64,000 nucleotides of DNA from the human T2T-CHM13v2.0 reference genome, Homo sapiens, in the NCBI RefSeq assembly GCF_009914755.1, contig NC_060930.1, one strand, 5' to 3'. The position numbers and the translations under genes are program-made. The notes under the pieces are model-generated. The model was not told the origin of the DNA and ran no database searches. It saw nothing but the letters and a program-made list of their open reading frames with translations. Shown one piece after another: positions 1-15,993 of this stretch (positions are counted from its first letter, which is position 1; every line of letters starts with the position of its first letter).

Positions 1-280
1 TTAAGATTTAAGACGAGTAAGTACTTTAAAAGGAGTCAAAAGAAGTGAAAGCAAATACTGAACCTCATCTTTTATAACATAAAAATGAATTTTTTCTTAA
101 TTATGAAAGCCTTTCACGTTTAGTGTAGAAAAAATTTAGATAATTCTGGTATTTTAAAAATCTAATCTTCCCCATTTAGCGCCGTTACTTATGTGTTAAT
201 ACATATTTTGAGATCTATGTATTTGTGACCTGATATATTTTGTTTAAGTATATTACGTACTAAAAAGTCATCTACAATAC

Positions 281-576
281 TTTTTTTTTTTTTTTTGAGA
301 TGGAGTTTTGCTCTTGTCACTCAGGCTGGAGGGCATTGGGCAATCTTGGCCCACTGCAACCTTCACCTCCTGGGTTCAAGCGATTCTCCTGCCTCAGCCT
401 CCTGAATAGCTGGGATTACAGGCGCATGCCACCACTCCCAGCTAATTTTTTGTATTTCTAATAGTGACGGGGTTTTAATGTTGGTCAGGCTGTTCTTGAA
501 CTCCTGAACTCAGGTGATCCACCGCCTCGGCCTCCCAAAGTGCTGGAATTACAGGCATGAGCCACCGTGCCCGGCC
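281..576 (-). mobile_element. AluS (Sq/Sp-like)
   Basis: Poly-T, full Alu body ending ccggcc; TSD tacaatacttttt on both sides. Confidence 0.95.
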
Positions 577-720
577 TACAATACTTTTTAATGGTTATAA
601 GTAGCATTTAATTGTACATATGTGTATTGAGGTATATTGTTTGTTGAAGTTTTAAAATAATTGTTTTTACTATAAAAATGCTGTGAAGAATATCTGTACT
701 TTATCATTAAGATAAATGTG

Positions 721-855
721 ACTGGGCTCCATGGCTCATGCTTGTAATTCCAGCACTATAGGTGGGATTCCACCACTGAGGTGGGAGGATCATTTGAGCT
801 TAGGAGTTCGAGACCACCTTGGACCCTTCTCTAACTTAAAAGTACAACAAAAAAA
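721..855 (+). mobile_element. FLAM / free left Alu monomer
   Basis: Left-arm Alu sequence with A tail; TSD aagataaatgtg. Confidence 0.85.
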
Positions 856-1223
856 GATAAATGTGTAGAATTGGTTGGTTGAAAATGCATTTCAAAATTG
901 CCTTTCAACTTCACTGTTTGAAATTGTAAGCTCCCTCAGAAAATGAAAATGCTTATGTAACGAATCTTCTAAAAAATCACTTTTTTAAAGGGACAAAAAT
1001 ATAGTCAAAAATATAGACAAAAATACAACAAACATACTTCTGGTTAACAAGGTTAAAGCTTATCTGTTTCACTTTTTTATTGCCTAACATTGCTGCCATC
1101 TGTAAACCCCCACTTTGTATTTTCTTTTCATCCTCATTTTGAAAAAATAAAAAATTATACATACAGAATAATTACAAGGCTAACAAAGTGAATTTGTGTA
1201 TACCTTCAACCTAAATTTGCTGT

Positions 1224-1535
1224 ATACCTTGGCCCTCCATACTGCAGGCCCCACATCCTCCAATTCAGCCAACCACAGATCAAAAAATATTCGGGAGGAA
1301 AAATAATAAAAAATAATAATACAACAATAGAAAATAATACAAATAAAAAATATGGTACAATGATTTACGTAGTCTTTGCGTTGTATTCAGTATTTTAAGT
1401 AATCTAGTGATTAAAGTATATGGAGGATGAGCCTGAGTTCTGTGCAAATACTGTACCTTCCTATATCAGTGACTTGAGCACTGGTAGGGAGGCGGTCCTG
1501 GGACCAATCCCACAGGGATACTAAGGGACAACTGT
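1224..1535 (-). mobile_element. MER2-like TcMar-Tigger MITE
   Basis: Ends ggaccaatcccacagggatactaagggacaactg-ta (Tigger TIR plus TA); internal aatctagtgattaaagtata typical of MER2. Confidence 0.8.
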
Positions 1536-1565
1536 AGTAACGTTTTGTTCATTTGTGTGTACACA

Positions 1566-2535
<970 letters not shown>

Positions 2536-3409
2536 GCGTGTGTGTGTGAGCATGCGCGTGTGTGTCTGTATGTATGTACATATATAAAATAATTATTACC
2601 GTTTGCTGAATCATTTGAGAGCAACTTGCAGACATTATGATCCTTCATCCCTGTCTTAGAGTGCATTTCCTATAACCAAGGACATTCTTTTACATAGTTA
2701 CTTTATCAAATTCTGAAAATTTAATATTATTACAATATTGTTATTTGATGGACATTCTAAATTCAAATTTTCCAATTTTTCATTAGTTGTAAGTTCTTTC
2801 TGATTCAGAATCTAGTCCAGATCACAGATTACATTTATTTGCCCTGTCTCTTACAGTGTAATTTGGAACAGTTCCTCAGACTTTTCATTATCTTTTATAA
2901 TTTGTGTGTGTCTTTCTTCATGACTAGATTCAGGCCATGCATTTTTCACAAGAATGTTTTAAAAAGTGATGTTGTGTCCTTCTCAGCCATCACATTAGCA
3001 GTTAGATGATGTCAATTTGCCTCATTTTTGATGTTGATAACTGATCATTTGGTTAAAGTAGTGTGAGTTATGTATTGTCACTGTAAAGGTAACTTTTTCT
3101 CCTTTTAAATCATATCTGAGGAGAAATACTTTGAAACTTTGTAAATATTCTTTCCTAACAAATTTAGGATTGTAATGTCTTTTGTCCAATTTTCGTATCA
3201 TTCCCTTTACATTTGTTAGTTAACATTTAATTGTAATGAATATATTGTCTGACATTTCTAATAGGTTAAGATCTCTTTCAGTATTACATGTATTCTTGCA
3301 TATCCCATTCGTTTGCTGATTTTAGAGTCTCTCTCCTTGACTTTTACACTGCTTGATATCTTTACTTGGTTAGATGGTGATAGTAGTGGTTGTGGTGACA
3401 ACAATAAGT

Positions 3410-3650
3410 TGATGTTATTGTTAAGGGCTTCAACACACTGAGCTTTGATTTAGGCATTGTTATCAGTCCATGTGAATTAACCCATCTAGTCCTCTGAAAG
3501 CCCTATGAGGCAGTTATTGTTCTAATTTTATAGATGAGGAAATGAAGCATTAAGGAGGTAAAGTACCTTCTGTGGCTGGTGAGTTGCTTGGCCCCAAGAT
3601 ATGAACCCAGGCTGGCTTGAGTTTAACTACTACATTGTGCCTTTCCTCTA
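3410..3650 (-). mobile_element. MIR
   Basis: Core ttttatagatgaggaaatgaagca and atgaacccaggctg. Confidence 0.7.
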
Positions 3651-3679
3651 AGTAGTCTTCTGATTTCCTTATTTCCATT

Positions 3680-4230
3680 CTTCCGCCCTTTTCTCTTTTC
3701 AGCAACCAGAGTGAATTTAAAGAATAATCTTCTAGCATATTTTAATGTATTCAGTTAGAGTCAGGTCTTTACTGTGGCTAAAGGCCCTACGTGGCCTTGT
3801 AGCTTGCTCCTCCCTAGAGTTTTCTACTCTTTGCCTCCTCTTTGTGTATTCCTCGAACATACACATGCTCTCATCATAGGGCTTTGGTGTTGCTACTCCC
3901 TCTGCCTGGAATACTCTGCCCTTATGTATGTGTAAACTTGATTTATCCCTTTATTTCAGATCCTGTTGAATCTCACTTTTCAGAGAGACTTTCCATAACC
4001 ACTTGGCCCCCATAGAGTAAACCTTCTTGCCCTTTTGCTCTCTTGTATTTTTCATCTTACCATCAACAGCCCTGACATGTTCTACATATATATTACTACC
4101 ACCCTCACTTAAGGGAATATGTTCATTGAGAGCAGAATTGTCTCTTTTATTCATTGTTCTGTCCTCAGTAATAGAATTGTACATACCTGCCATGTAGTTG
4201 GTACTCAGTAAATATGTGTTGAAGGAAGGA
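3680..4230 (+). mobile_element. L2 3' end
   Basis: Ends gtagttggtactcagtaaatatgtgttgaaggaagga, the L2 3' terminus. Confidence 0.7.
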
Positions 4231-5998
4231 GTAGTTTGTCTTTTAATTTTGCTTATAATTATTTTGCATAAAGACATTATTAATTGAATATTTTAAAGTA
4301 TATTTTATTGTGGTTTTGTGGATTCTGTCTTTAGTGTTGTGCTTTAAGGCCTTTACCTTGTTCAGTAGTTTATATAGATATTTGCCATTTTGTGCCATCA
4401 TTAGTTTTGTTCTAGCATTTGTTCAGTTAAATCTTAAATTCTTTTGGAAATTCATTCTCTAGGGGAAGATTGGAAATTTCGCTCTTTATCAATTATTTTG
4501 CTTTTTAAAACAATTTTATTGACTTAAAATTTTTAAAATTGCTTTTAATAATTGTATAGTTTACTTTTTTCTGTATGTTAAAAATGAAAAATTCACATTT
4601 GAAATTCTTAATTCAGTAGCAAATTTTTTTTAACTTATTAAAGAATTTTTTGGTGCAGTGTTTTAGTCTTTGGAGGAATTTGCTTTTACTGTATAAGTAA
4701 GAATTTACTCAGGCAATTAGTTCTATTTTATCTAGATGTGCTATATTTATTACCTAATGACCTAGGAAAAAATAAGAGTAGATATTGTTTGTTAAAAAAA
4801 AAAAAATCCATGTTTTTGTTAAAACCCTATTACCTTTGTATTTTGATAGCATGCTTAATTTTTCTTCTCAGTATAGCTTTTTGGAAGAGTGGCATTAAGT
4901 TTTGATTTGCCTAGGATAGTTTTAGCTATATTTATTGTCTAGTTGTAATTACTAATAGCATCTCCATTCACTTCCAAAACATTCTGGTTGAGATGAAAAC
5001 TTACATAGTCACCTTCACATTTGGGTGTTGTTTTAGTGTTTGTGACTTCTACAAAACACTAGTGTCATTCTTAAATCTACTTTTGTTACTAGCTATCATG
5101 GGATTTGTTAAGGAGTGATACTGCGGCCTTATGAAGTTTTTGATATAAAATTAAAATACTACTTTAAAAATTTCTGTTACTGTATTGCTGTTAGAATAAG
5201 AACTAAATTTTGTATGATCCTTGAAGAAAATAAGTTATGGAAAAATATGTAAATCAGTGGATGTTTTTGTCCTCCAGTAGTCTTATTTGCTTATAGGATT
5301 TAATTCATGTTCTTCATTAGTTTGCTCCTACTGCAGCTGTGGTAAAAAAAAAAAAAAAAAAAAAAAATGTATATGTGGAAGGTATCCTCAACTCCTTTCT
5401 GCCCTCAGTCATTTAACAAATTTGCACAATTGTACAGCACAGATAAAGACCATTCTCAGTGTTAAAGAAAGTTTTATTGGACAATGTTGGTTTAGGCAGA
5501 GCAACTTTATACAGAAAATTTGAAGAAATAAAAGTTTGGACAAATAATTCCTGTTTGTAATTTTATGTTTTGAGATAATTTTAAACTTGCAGAATTATAA
5601 AAACAGTACAAAGCTCTCCTACACACCTTTCACCTCACTTAGCCATGTGTAGCATGTTACCATATGTGACTCTTGGTGCATTGGCCACCATGTTTGTGTC
5701 CCTCATCCCCCTTCACTTTCAGGCCCCTCCCTTCTTCCTTTTGTTCTTATGTCTGTCTCCCTCTTTCCCTCCTCTCCCCTTTTAAGTTGGAGTAATTCCC
5801 CAGACTTAGTTTGTTTTTTTCCTCACATTGTTTTGAAGAATATTACACTAGTTTTTAGAAATAATTTTTTATGATTAAAAACTGATTCTAGATATTTGAC
5901 AGGTTTGTACGTGTGTCTGCTGTTAGAATATAAAACTAGACTCTAAGCGTGCTCATTTTATTTTTCCATTGCCTTTGATATCATATGAATTTAGTTAT

Positions 5999-6325
5999 AC
6001 AGATGGAGCATCCGAAATGCTTGGGATCAGTAATGTTTCAGATTTTGGGTTTTTTTGGATTTTGGAATATTTGCATATATACAATGAGATATCTTGGGGA
6101 TGAGACCGAATACTAAACACGAAATTGATTCATGTGCACATAGCCTGAAGGTAGTTTCATACAGTATTTTAAATTTTGTGCACGAAACAAAGTTTGTGTA
6201 TATTGAACTATCAAAGGGCAAGGGTGTCGACACAGGTATGCAGTTTTACACTGCGGCATCATGTCAGTGCTCAAAATGTGTCATTTTGAAGCGTTTTGTT
6301 TTTTTGGATTAAGGATGCTCAATCT
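5999..6325. mobile_element. Tigger4/MER46 (Zombi)-like DNA transposon
   Basis: Termini cagatggagcatcc ... ggatgctcaatctg form TIRs; internal aaatgcttgggatcag, gagatatcttggggatg. Confidence 0.75.
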
Positions 6326-6914
6326 GGGCTCAATTACACTGGTTTCAACGTGTTTTGCTGAAAAACTCTTGCAGTATTAAAAGTAATTCAGGAATAGTGA
6401 TGATTGAACTTATTTGACTTCTATTCGTGTTTACCTACATGTATGACATATCTTGGACCAATTTGTAATATTTAGATAGGCCACTGATAAACCAAAGCTA
6501 ATCTAGACACAGCAAGTGAGTTTTTTTGACGATAAAGAGATGAAGATAGTCATTGACTCATCACTTTTGAGGAATTCTCCTTTGATGATATGATTAAATG
6601 TAAAAGAAGAACATTTTATCAAGTTGGCAAGGAAGACTAGGACACTTTGTGACATTAAGTGCTAGGCTTGATTAAATATATGCTAAAACGTGAATTTGTT
6701 TCGTTAGCATCACTGACAGTGTACGTTTAGTTTAACATTTAATGGAAATAATTCAACCAAGTCCTTTGTCTCCCTCATACAATGTTTCCAGTATCTTCTG
6801 TGTTGTCAATCCTGTCCTCACCTTCTAAAAAATCAAGCTATCTTTATTCCTTTCACATGTTCTACCCACCCGCCACCCCCTAGACTATTCTTTCTTCTAC
6901 TTTTCAAAGTTTGT

Positions 6915-7560
6915 TAAATAGTTTAGTAAGTATTTTTTATTTCCTACTCTGGACTAGACACAAAACTGGGAGGTTCTTGCTCTCATGGAGCATAATTTAG
7001 GAAGATAGAAGCTAAACAATTAAACGAACAAAGGTAATTTCAGATAGGGATAAGTGCCATGAAAATTATAATAATGCCAGGCAATGTAAGTATGGGCTGG
7101 GTGGAAGGCTTTTAACTAGGAGGGCCAATGAAGGACTCTGAGGAAGTTACATCTAAACAGAGACTCTGATGGGTGGTTGACATGGGGAGGTCTGCAGACT
7201 GAATGTTTCTGGGTGAAGTTAGAGCAAAAGCTCTCAGTTGTGAATGTGATGGGACTGTCCAAGGAATAGCAAAGTCAGCAAGGGTGGAAAGTGGGAAGAG
7301 AAGACGTTTATGTCCCTGTTCATATGCTTCTCTATAGGCTTGGTAAAATTTTATTGGAAGTACCAGGAAGTCAGTTGATGGTTTTAAGCAGAGGAATGAT
7401 ATGATATTTATTTTTAGCAAGAGTTGTCTTTAGCAATTAGAGACATGTATGTGTGTAGGGAGTTGGGCAAGAGTTGAAGGAAGGGGATTCATTAGTTGGC
7501 TGTTGCAGTTGTTGAGGCAAGAGATGGTGGCATGGACTGGGAATCGTCTTCAGATTCATT
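6915..7560 (-). mobile_element. L2 fragment
   Basis: Purine-rich L2 antisense motifs (gttttaagcagaggaatgatatgat, gaggcaagagatggtggcatggact). Confidence 0.65.
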
Positions 7561-9116
7561 TTATTTCCATGCTGTTAGAATTCTTCAACATTTGCTAATC
7601 TTGGCTGAATTTCCAAAGCACTTGTTCTCTAAATATACAATGTAATGTTTATATTTATTGTTTGCTTTTGTTTCCTTACCCAGGCTGTCTTCTTCAGGAG
7701 GGACTAATTTATATTTCCAATTTCCTCAATGAAATGTGGACATAATTGGTGCCTACTAAAAAAATTATGTTCTTCCTACAGAATTTTACAGGAAATTTCT
7801 TATTTTCTGACGTAGAGGAGCATCAAATAATGCATACACTTAGAAATTTAAATAAACAACTGAATAAGACTTAAATTACAGAATAGAGAAAAAACCAACA
7901 AATACTTTATGAATTAGTTGGAGTCGAAGTTAAGGAAAGTTGAATGTAAAACCTAAAAGTAAAATTAATTGCTAAGCTAGAGGCAATATGTGAGCATATT
8001 TTGCAAAGACTTTGGTGGCCATATTAGGTTTTCAAGCCACGCCCACACACGTAACTGACAATTTTTGATACTTATGAAGTACAAATTCTCCCCTCCAATG
8101 TATGCGTGATTCTCCATAGTAACACCCACATGTAGCTTCTGATAGAAACCCACAAAGTAAGATGAAAATAGTTTCTCAGTCAAATGGTTGGAATATTTAG
8201 TAATACTTGGCAGTATTTTTTATTTTGTTAATAATAGGTGTCATTTAATACAATGACTTTTAAATTATATATTAAAAGAAATTTTTAAAAGTTTTATGGC
8301 AAGCTGTGAAATACTCAGATGGATAATGTGAATTAAGGCGTGTTCTTTGGCCACTCAAAGTGCTCCCCACCCAACACTGGCATGGACTGCTCACTAGGTG
8401 GCCAAAAGAGATTTCGTTTATGGATGTGTTTTGAATGTTTTAACATTAAAAAAAAAAAAACCCAAAGCATTTGAGGCAGAGATTTTTTTAGACAATAGTT
8501 GTTTAATGAGCTGCTTGTATATACAAGAGAAGAGAATGGGCCTGATTGCTCACAATCTGATGTTTGAAAAGTATTTTTCTGGATCTTATGCATTTGCATA
8601 TCTAATTGCTATGTAATCAAAACTAAGTGAACTGTAGCTACTTGAAACTCTAAAATGAAAGGCAATCATCTTACGGGGAGGAGGGAGAACCCCGTTCCAT
8701 GCAAGCTAGCCTGAATATTAGCATTATAGTCTTCTTGTGTTTAATTATAGGTGTCTGACTGAGCAGTAAATTTATGCTTGTGAAATAAAGAAATGAATGT
8801 GACCCTGAAACACCAGCTCAGCTTTGTTGTAACTGAGCATTGGCTTTGAGAGAAGTTAGCATCCATTGTGTATTTTGGTGATAAGGGATTGTGCCAGAAT
8901 GGCTGTTAATTACGTACTTTATGTGATACAGAAAGTAGTGGTTCTACACTTTCTTTCCACCAGTGACAGCACTCAATTAAAACTTGTATTAAGCAGCTAT
9001 AATGCCTTTATTTATCTGTTTGGAAGACATGAGGTGAAGAAAATTAACTTTATTTTTTCCAGCTGTTTGTTGGCAGCTTTGTTTTTGGTAAATCCTTTGA
9101 GGATAAAAAACTGTTA

Positions 9117-9507
<391 letters not shown>

Positions 9508-10340
9508 ATATATATATATGTATATTCTTAATATTGGTTAAATGTCATTTAGAAGCCTTGTAGACTAGTTAAAGCTTTTTATATGTTAACCCATTTGAAC
9601 CTAATGTTGAGTCAGTAAGCACTTCTCGATGATTTAAACTCTGAGAGAGCAAGTTCAACCTGGACCAAAATTAAGATAAAGTGAATGTTTATCCCCCTGC
9701 CCCCCACCTAAAATTTTTGTGCTTCATAAAGGGGCTCCATTGTAGGTTGAATCTAAGAGAAAAATAGTGATTGTATTTATGGCAAACTTGAAATTTATAT
9801 TATCATTTTGAACTTATTTTATACATGAACTCACTAATTTCCACAACTGTTTATTTGGTGGTATTCCATGGTATGTATTTGCTGCATTTTCTTCATCCAC
9901 TTTACTGTTGATGGTCACCTTGGTGGTTCCATGTCTTTGCTGTTGTCAGTAGTGCTGTGATGAACATGCAAGTTGCATGTGTCTTTTTGGTAGAGTGGTT
10001 GTTTTCTTTCGGATGTATACCCAGTAATAGGATTGCTGGGTCAAGTGGTAGTTCTGAGTTCTTTGAGAAATCTCCAAATTCTTTTCCACAGTGGCTGAAC
10101 TAATTTACATTCCCACCAACAGTATATAAATGTTCTCTTTTCCTCTTAGCCTCAACAGCATCTATGTTTTTTTGCCTTTTTCGTAGTAGCCATTCTGACT
10201 TGTGTGAGATGGTATCTAATTGTGGTTTTTATTTGCATTTCTCTGATGATAGTAATGTTGAGCATCTTTTCATGTTTGTTGGCCCCTTGTATTTTTTTTT
10301 TTTTTTTTTTGAGAAGACACTTCTCAAAAGAAATGAGATG

Positions 10341-10544
10341 AGGCTGGTCTCAAACTCATGAGCTCAGGCAATCCACCTGCCTCTGCCTCCCAAAGTGCTA
10401 GGATTACAGGCGTGAGCCACTGTGCCCAGCTGCTAATTTTTGTATATAGTGAAAGATGTGGGTCTAATTTCATTCTTCTGCATGTGGCTAGCCAGCTCTC
10501 CCAGCACCATTGATTGAATATAGGGGGTCTTTTCCCCATTGCTT
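10341..10544 (+). repeat. ~200-bp direct copy of 11102-11303 (Alu head plus adjoining L1)
   Basis: Both copies share the same Alu/L1 junction and the variants ctctgcctcc, gtgctagg, tgagctcagg. Confidence 0.9.
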
Positions 10545-10871
10545 TGGCCCACTTTTTAATGGAGTCGTTTTTTTGCTTGTTGAATTGTTTAAGTTCCTTA
10601 TAGATTCCAGATATTAGACCCTTGTTGGATGCGTAGCCTGTGAATATTTTCTCCCACTCTGTAGGTTGTCTGTTTACTGTCCTGATAGTTTCTTTTACTG
10701 TGCGGAAACTCTTTAGTTTAATTAAGTCCCACTTGTCAATTTTTGTTTTTGTTGCATTTGCTTTTGAGGGTTTAGTTATAAATTCTTTCCCAAGGCTGAT
10801 GTCCAGAATGATGGTTCCTAGGTTTTCTTCTAGGATTCTTACAGTTTGAGGTCTTACATTTTAATCTTTAA

Positions 10872-11191
<320 letters not shown>

Positions 11192-12147
11192 GGTTAATTT
11201 TTGTATATTGTGAAATTTGTGGGTCTAATTTTATTCTTCTGTGTGTGGCTAGCCAGCTCTCCCAGCACCATTTATTGAATGGGGGATCTGTTCCCCATTG
11301 CTTATTTCTGTCAAAATTCAGATGGCTGTAGATGTTCTGGTTCTCTATTCTGTTCCATTGGTCTTTATGTCTGTTTTTATACCAGTACCATAATGTTTTG
11401 GTTACTGTAGCCTTGTATTATAGTTTGAAGTTGGGTAATGTGATACCTCTAGGTTTGTTCCTTTTGCTTAGGATTGCTTTTCCTATTTGGGCTCTTTTTT
11501 GGTTACATGTGAATTTTAAAATAGTTTTTTCTAATTCTGTGATAAGTGATGTTGGTAGTTTGATAGAAATAGCGTTCAATCTGTAGATTACTTTGGGCAG
11601 TATTGTCATTTTAATGATACTGATTTTTCCAATCCATGAGCGTGGGATGTTTTTTCATTTGTTTGTGTCATCTCTGGTTTCTTTTAGCAGTGTTTTGTTT
11701 TGTAGTTCTCCTTACAGAGATCTTTTAACTTCTTGGCTGGATGTATTTCTAGGTTTTGAGGGTGTGAGTTTGGCTGTCGTAAATGGGATGCATTGGCTGT
11801 CAGCTTGAATGTTACAGGAATGCAACTGATTTTTGTACATTGGTTTTGATCCTGAAACTTTACTGTGAAGTCATTTATCAGTTCCAGGAGCCTTTTGGCA
11901 GTCTTTAGTGTTCTCTAGGTATCAAATCATATTGTTAGCAAAGAGAGATAGTTTGACTTCTTTTGCTATTTGGATGCTTTTTCTTTCTTTCTTTTACCTG
12001 GTTCATCTGGGTGGGACTTGCTCCTCTTCTTTTTAAAAATGTTTATTAGCTCTGAATCCAAGCATACTATTAAACCCATTTTAAAAACACTGCTTACACT
12101 TCTTTGCCTTCTGAAAACCATGTTTCCTAATATTTTGAGGAAAAAAT

Positions 12148-13025
12148 GGGTGTCCTGCATTCCAGCAGCTCCAGCTCTAGCTGTAGCTTAAAGGGCCTGA
12201 GGTACAGCTTGGGCTGTTACTTCAGAGGACACAAGCCCCAAGCCTTGGGAGCTTCCATGTGGTGTTGGGCTTGTGGGTGCACAGAACACAAGAGTTGAGC
12301 TTTGAGAATCTTTGCCTAGATTTCAGAGAATGTATGGAAACGCCTGGATGTCCAGGCAGAAGTCTGCTGCAGGGGCGGACCCCTCATGGAGAACCTCTGC
12401 TACGGCAGTGCAGAAGGGAAATGTGAGGTTGGAACCCCCACACAGAGTCCCCACTGGGTCATGGCCTAATGGAGCTATGAGAAGAGGGCCACCATCCTCC
12501 AGACCCCAGAAAAGTAGATCCACTGACAGCTTGCACTATGTGCCTAGAAAAGCTGCAGGCACTCATTGTCAGCCCATGAAAGCAGCCGAGGGGACTGAAC
12601 CTTGCAGAGCCACGGGGACAGTGCTGCCCAGTGCTGTGGGAGCCCATCCCTTGCAACAACGTGTCCTGGATGTGAAACATGGAGTCAAAGGAGATTTTGG
12701 AGCTTTAAGATCTAATGACTGCCTACCCGGGTTTTGGACTTGCATAGGGCTTGTGGCCCCTTTGTTTTGGCCAATTTCTCCCATTTGGAATGGGAACATT
12801 TACCCAATGCCTGTACACCCATTCTATCTTGGAAATAACTAACTTGTTTTTGATTCTACAGGCTCATGGGAGAAGGGATTTTCCTTTTTTCAGATGAGAC
12901 TCAGACTTTGACTTTTGGGTTAATGCTGGAATGAGTTAAGACTTTGGGGAAGTAACTAGTGGGATCTTATGGATGGTTATGAAATGTGAAAAGGACATGA
13001 AATTTTGGAGGGGTCAGGGGTGGAA
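12148..13025 (+). mobile_element. MaLR internal region (MSTA/THE1-int, 3' part)
   Basis: cctagatttcagagaatgtatggaaacgcctggatgtccaggcagaag etc.; polypurine tract ggaggggtcaggggtggaa before the LTR; the 176-aa ORF 12312-12842 derives from it. Confidence 0.9.
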
Positions 13026-13385
13026 TTACATGGATTGGCTCTGTGTCTCCACCCAAATCTCTTCTTGAATTGTAATTCCCATGTGTTGAGGGAGGGACCT
13101 GGTGGGAGGTGATTGGATCATAGGGGTGGTTTTCCCCATGCTGTTCTCGTGATAGTGAGTGAGTTCTCATGAGATCTGGTGGTTTAAAAAGTGTTTGGCA
13201 GATGTGTTCCCACCCCGCCCGCCTCCATCACCTTGTGAAGAAGGTGCTCTTTTCCCCTTCCACCATGATTTTAAGGTTTCTGAGGCCTCTCCAGCCATGC
13301 AGAACTGTGAGTCAATTAAACTACTTTTGTTTATAAATTACCCAGTCTCAGGTGGTACCTTTGTAGCAGTGTGAGAGCTAATAGA
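13026..13385 (+). mobile_element. MaLR 3' LTR (MSTA/THE1D-like)
   Basis: ctgtgtctccacccaaatctc...gaactgtgagtcaattaaactacttttgtttataaattacccagtctcagg. Confidence 0.9.
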
Positions 13386-15583
13386 GGTATCAGAGAGATT
13401 TTCATTATTCTTGTGAGATTTTCCCAATTGAATTGACATTTCAGTTGTTGGTCTGTTGAATAATGAATGCACTATAAAAGTGGTTGTTAAAATTATGATA
13501 AGGGAACAAGATCAGTCAGTAAAATCCATGTATGGGAGTTTTATGATTAAGAATATTTCTGTATTTTGTACAGGACATCTGTAACCACAGGAAATTGCAT
13601 TGTACAAATGAAGAAGAATACCCTTTTACATCACATGATTTGTGATATCTGGAAAATCTACCAAGCACCTGGTTTCTGGATTTTATTTAGATTTTTCAAT
13701 GTATTTTCTAAGTCTTAGGCAATATTTTCAGAAAAGTTAGTTCTTTCCTACTCCTTTGATCCTATAACTTAGCCACATCATTACTTAAGCACTTAGTCTG
13801 CTATAGTGGATTACAGAGTTCTTTAAGAGTTGTAACTCTTATCTTAACCACTATAATGTGCATAGTGCCTGGCACATTGTAGACACTTAGGAATGCTTAC
13901 CGTGACCCTTAGTATTGTATATTTGAGTTAATTGCTAGAATTTTTAATATCTCCTATTGAATTTATTAATACTATTTTCATACATAAGTACACCCCTTTC
14001 AGTGTTGTGTTTTAAGATTATATTACCCACTTCATTCCTCCCATCCCTCACTCTCACCCACCAATGGCAACTTTGATTAACATGTTTGTGTATAGTAATC
14101 CTGTGGCCACAAGCACATAGCTGTAAGCAAGGACTGAACTAGAAGAACAACTTGATTCTGCGATGATTAAAGGAAAAATGGCTAGGAAATTGACTTTGAA
14201 CATGAGTAATGGGCATTGAAGCCAGTCTCACAAGAGTAAACGATGCTTTGGGTGTGCTGTATCACCTGTGAATACAGCCTAAAAGTTATGCCTGTCACCA
14301 AGGAAATGTTTCTGGTTGCAGGAGGACTGGAGATAATACTGTAACTAGAACTAGGGCCAAGCTGCCAAATGGCCTGAATACTGGATTATTGATATTTCTA
14401 TGGAAGAATGGGCTTTGAACTGCCAAAATAAGAACTTGAGGGTTTCTGTTTCCGGTAATGAATGAGTAAATTTCTGTCATACTTAATCCCCTGCAATAAG
14501 CAACTCTAAAATATGCACGATAAAAACCAGCTACTCCAAGGAACTCTGTAGGATGAGTGTAAGCAGAGTCTGAAATAGAGTTGGTCCTTGAAGGAAGGAA
14601 GTTAGTACACTGAATACTAGTTTTCCTGGCTTTTAGCCTGAGGCAAAGCACATTAGGTGGCACTCATTCCAACCCAGAGAAATCTCTGCTGATGGAGAAA
14701 GATAAAAAGAAGGGAAAGAAAAGAGAACGGGAATCCCCAAATTGTAGCTGACCCCAGGATTATATGTGCAGAGTAGACATAAGCATCTCATCTAAAGATG
14801 TGAACTAAGACCATAGTTGGCACCTGAGAAACAAAGTGTGCAGCCCTCAATTGAATCAAGATATTGCCTACTACAAAACAAAACGAAAACAAAACCAGAA
14901 CCAGAAACAAAAGAAAAAAATTCGTCAAAATAATCTAGAATCAGGATACAGTTTAAAATTAAGCTCTGAAAGTAAATCATACTCTCAAAAGAAAATCAGC
15001 TGATACCAACCATTACATTTTGGAACTAAGAGACAGATTTTTTGTTTTTGTTTTTTTAAATAGCTGTTAACTAGTCTCATAAGGACAAAATACAGAAAGA
15101 CAGTTCTTACAGAGAAATAGAAGCAAAAAAAGGAACCAATGGAAAATTTAAAACTGAAAAATAGAATATCTGAAATAAAAAATTCACTAGATGACATAAC
15201 TGTTGAGGAAAGAGTATGTGAATTTGAAGAAAGAGCAATAGAAATGTTCCATTGTAAAGAACAAAGAGAAAAAAAATTGAGAGGTAGGAATGGCCTGTGA
15301 AGTGGTCTGACATATGTATAATTGGAGTCTTAGAAAAAGAGGGTAAATAAGACTGAAAAAAAATACTTGAAGAACTAATGGCAGAAAAATCTCACAAATT
15401 TGATGAAAGACATAAATATGCAAATTCAAGATGCTTAAGAAACAGCAAGTAGAATGACCACAAGGAAGACTACACTGAGTTACATCAGAGGGTAAAACTG
15501 TGAAAAGCCGAAGATTATAAAGAACCAATCATGAAAGCAGCAAGAAAAAATTACACACCATATATAGGGGAACAATGATATGA

Positions 15584-15965
<382 letters not shown>

Positions 15966-15993
15966 ACTTTTACCTTTTTAAAGATATTTTACT

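Noticed and set aside
761-774. ggtgg-gatt-ccacc hairpin replacing FLAM consensus
   Set aside because: Only a 5-bp stem; could be a tiny template switch but is indistinguishable from chance.
5344-5367. Isolated A24 run as a possible retrocopy tail
   Set aside because: No TSD or recognisable upstream retroposed body.
12312-12842. Longest ORF (176 aa)
   Set aside because: Lies wholly in MaLR internal sequence and starts at TTG; a common repeat-derived open frame with no evidence of a gene.
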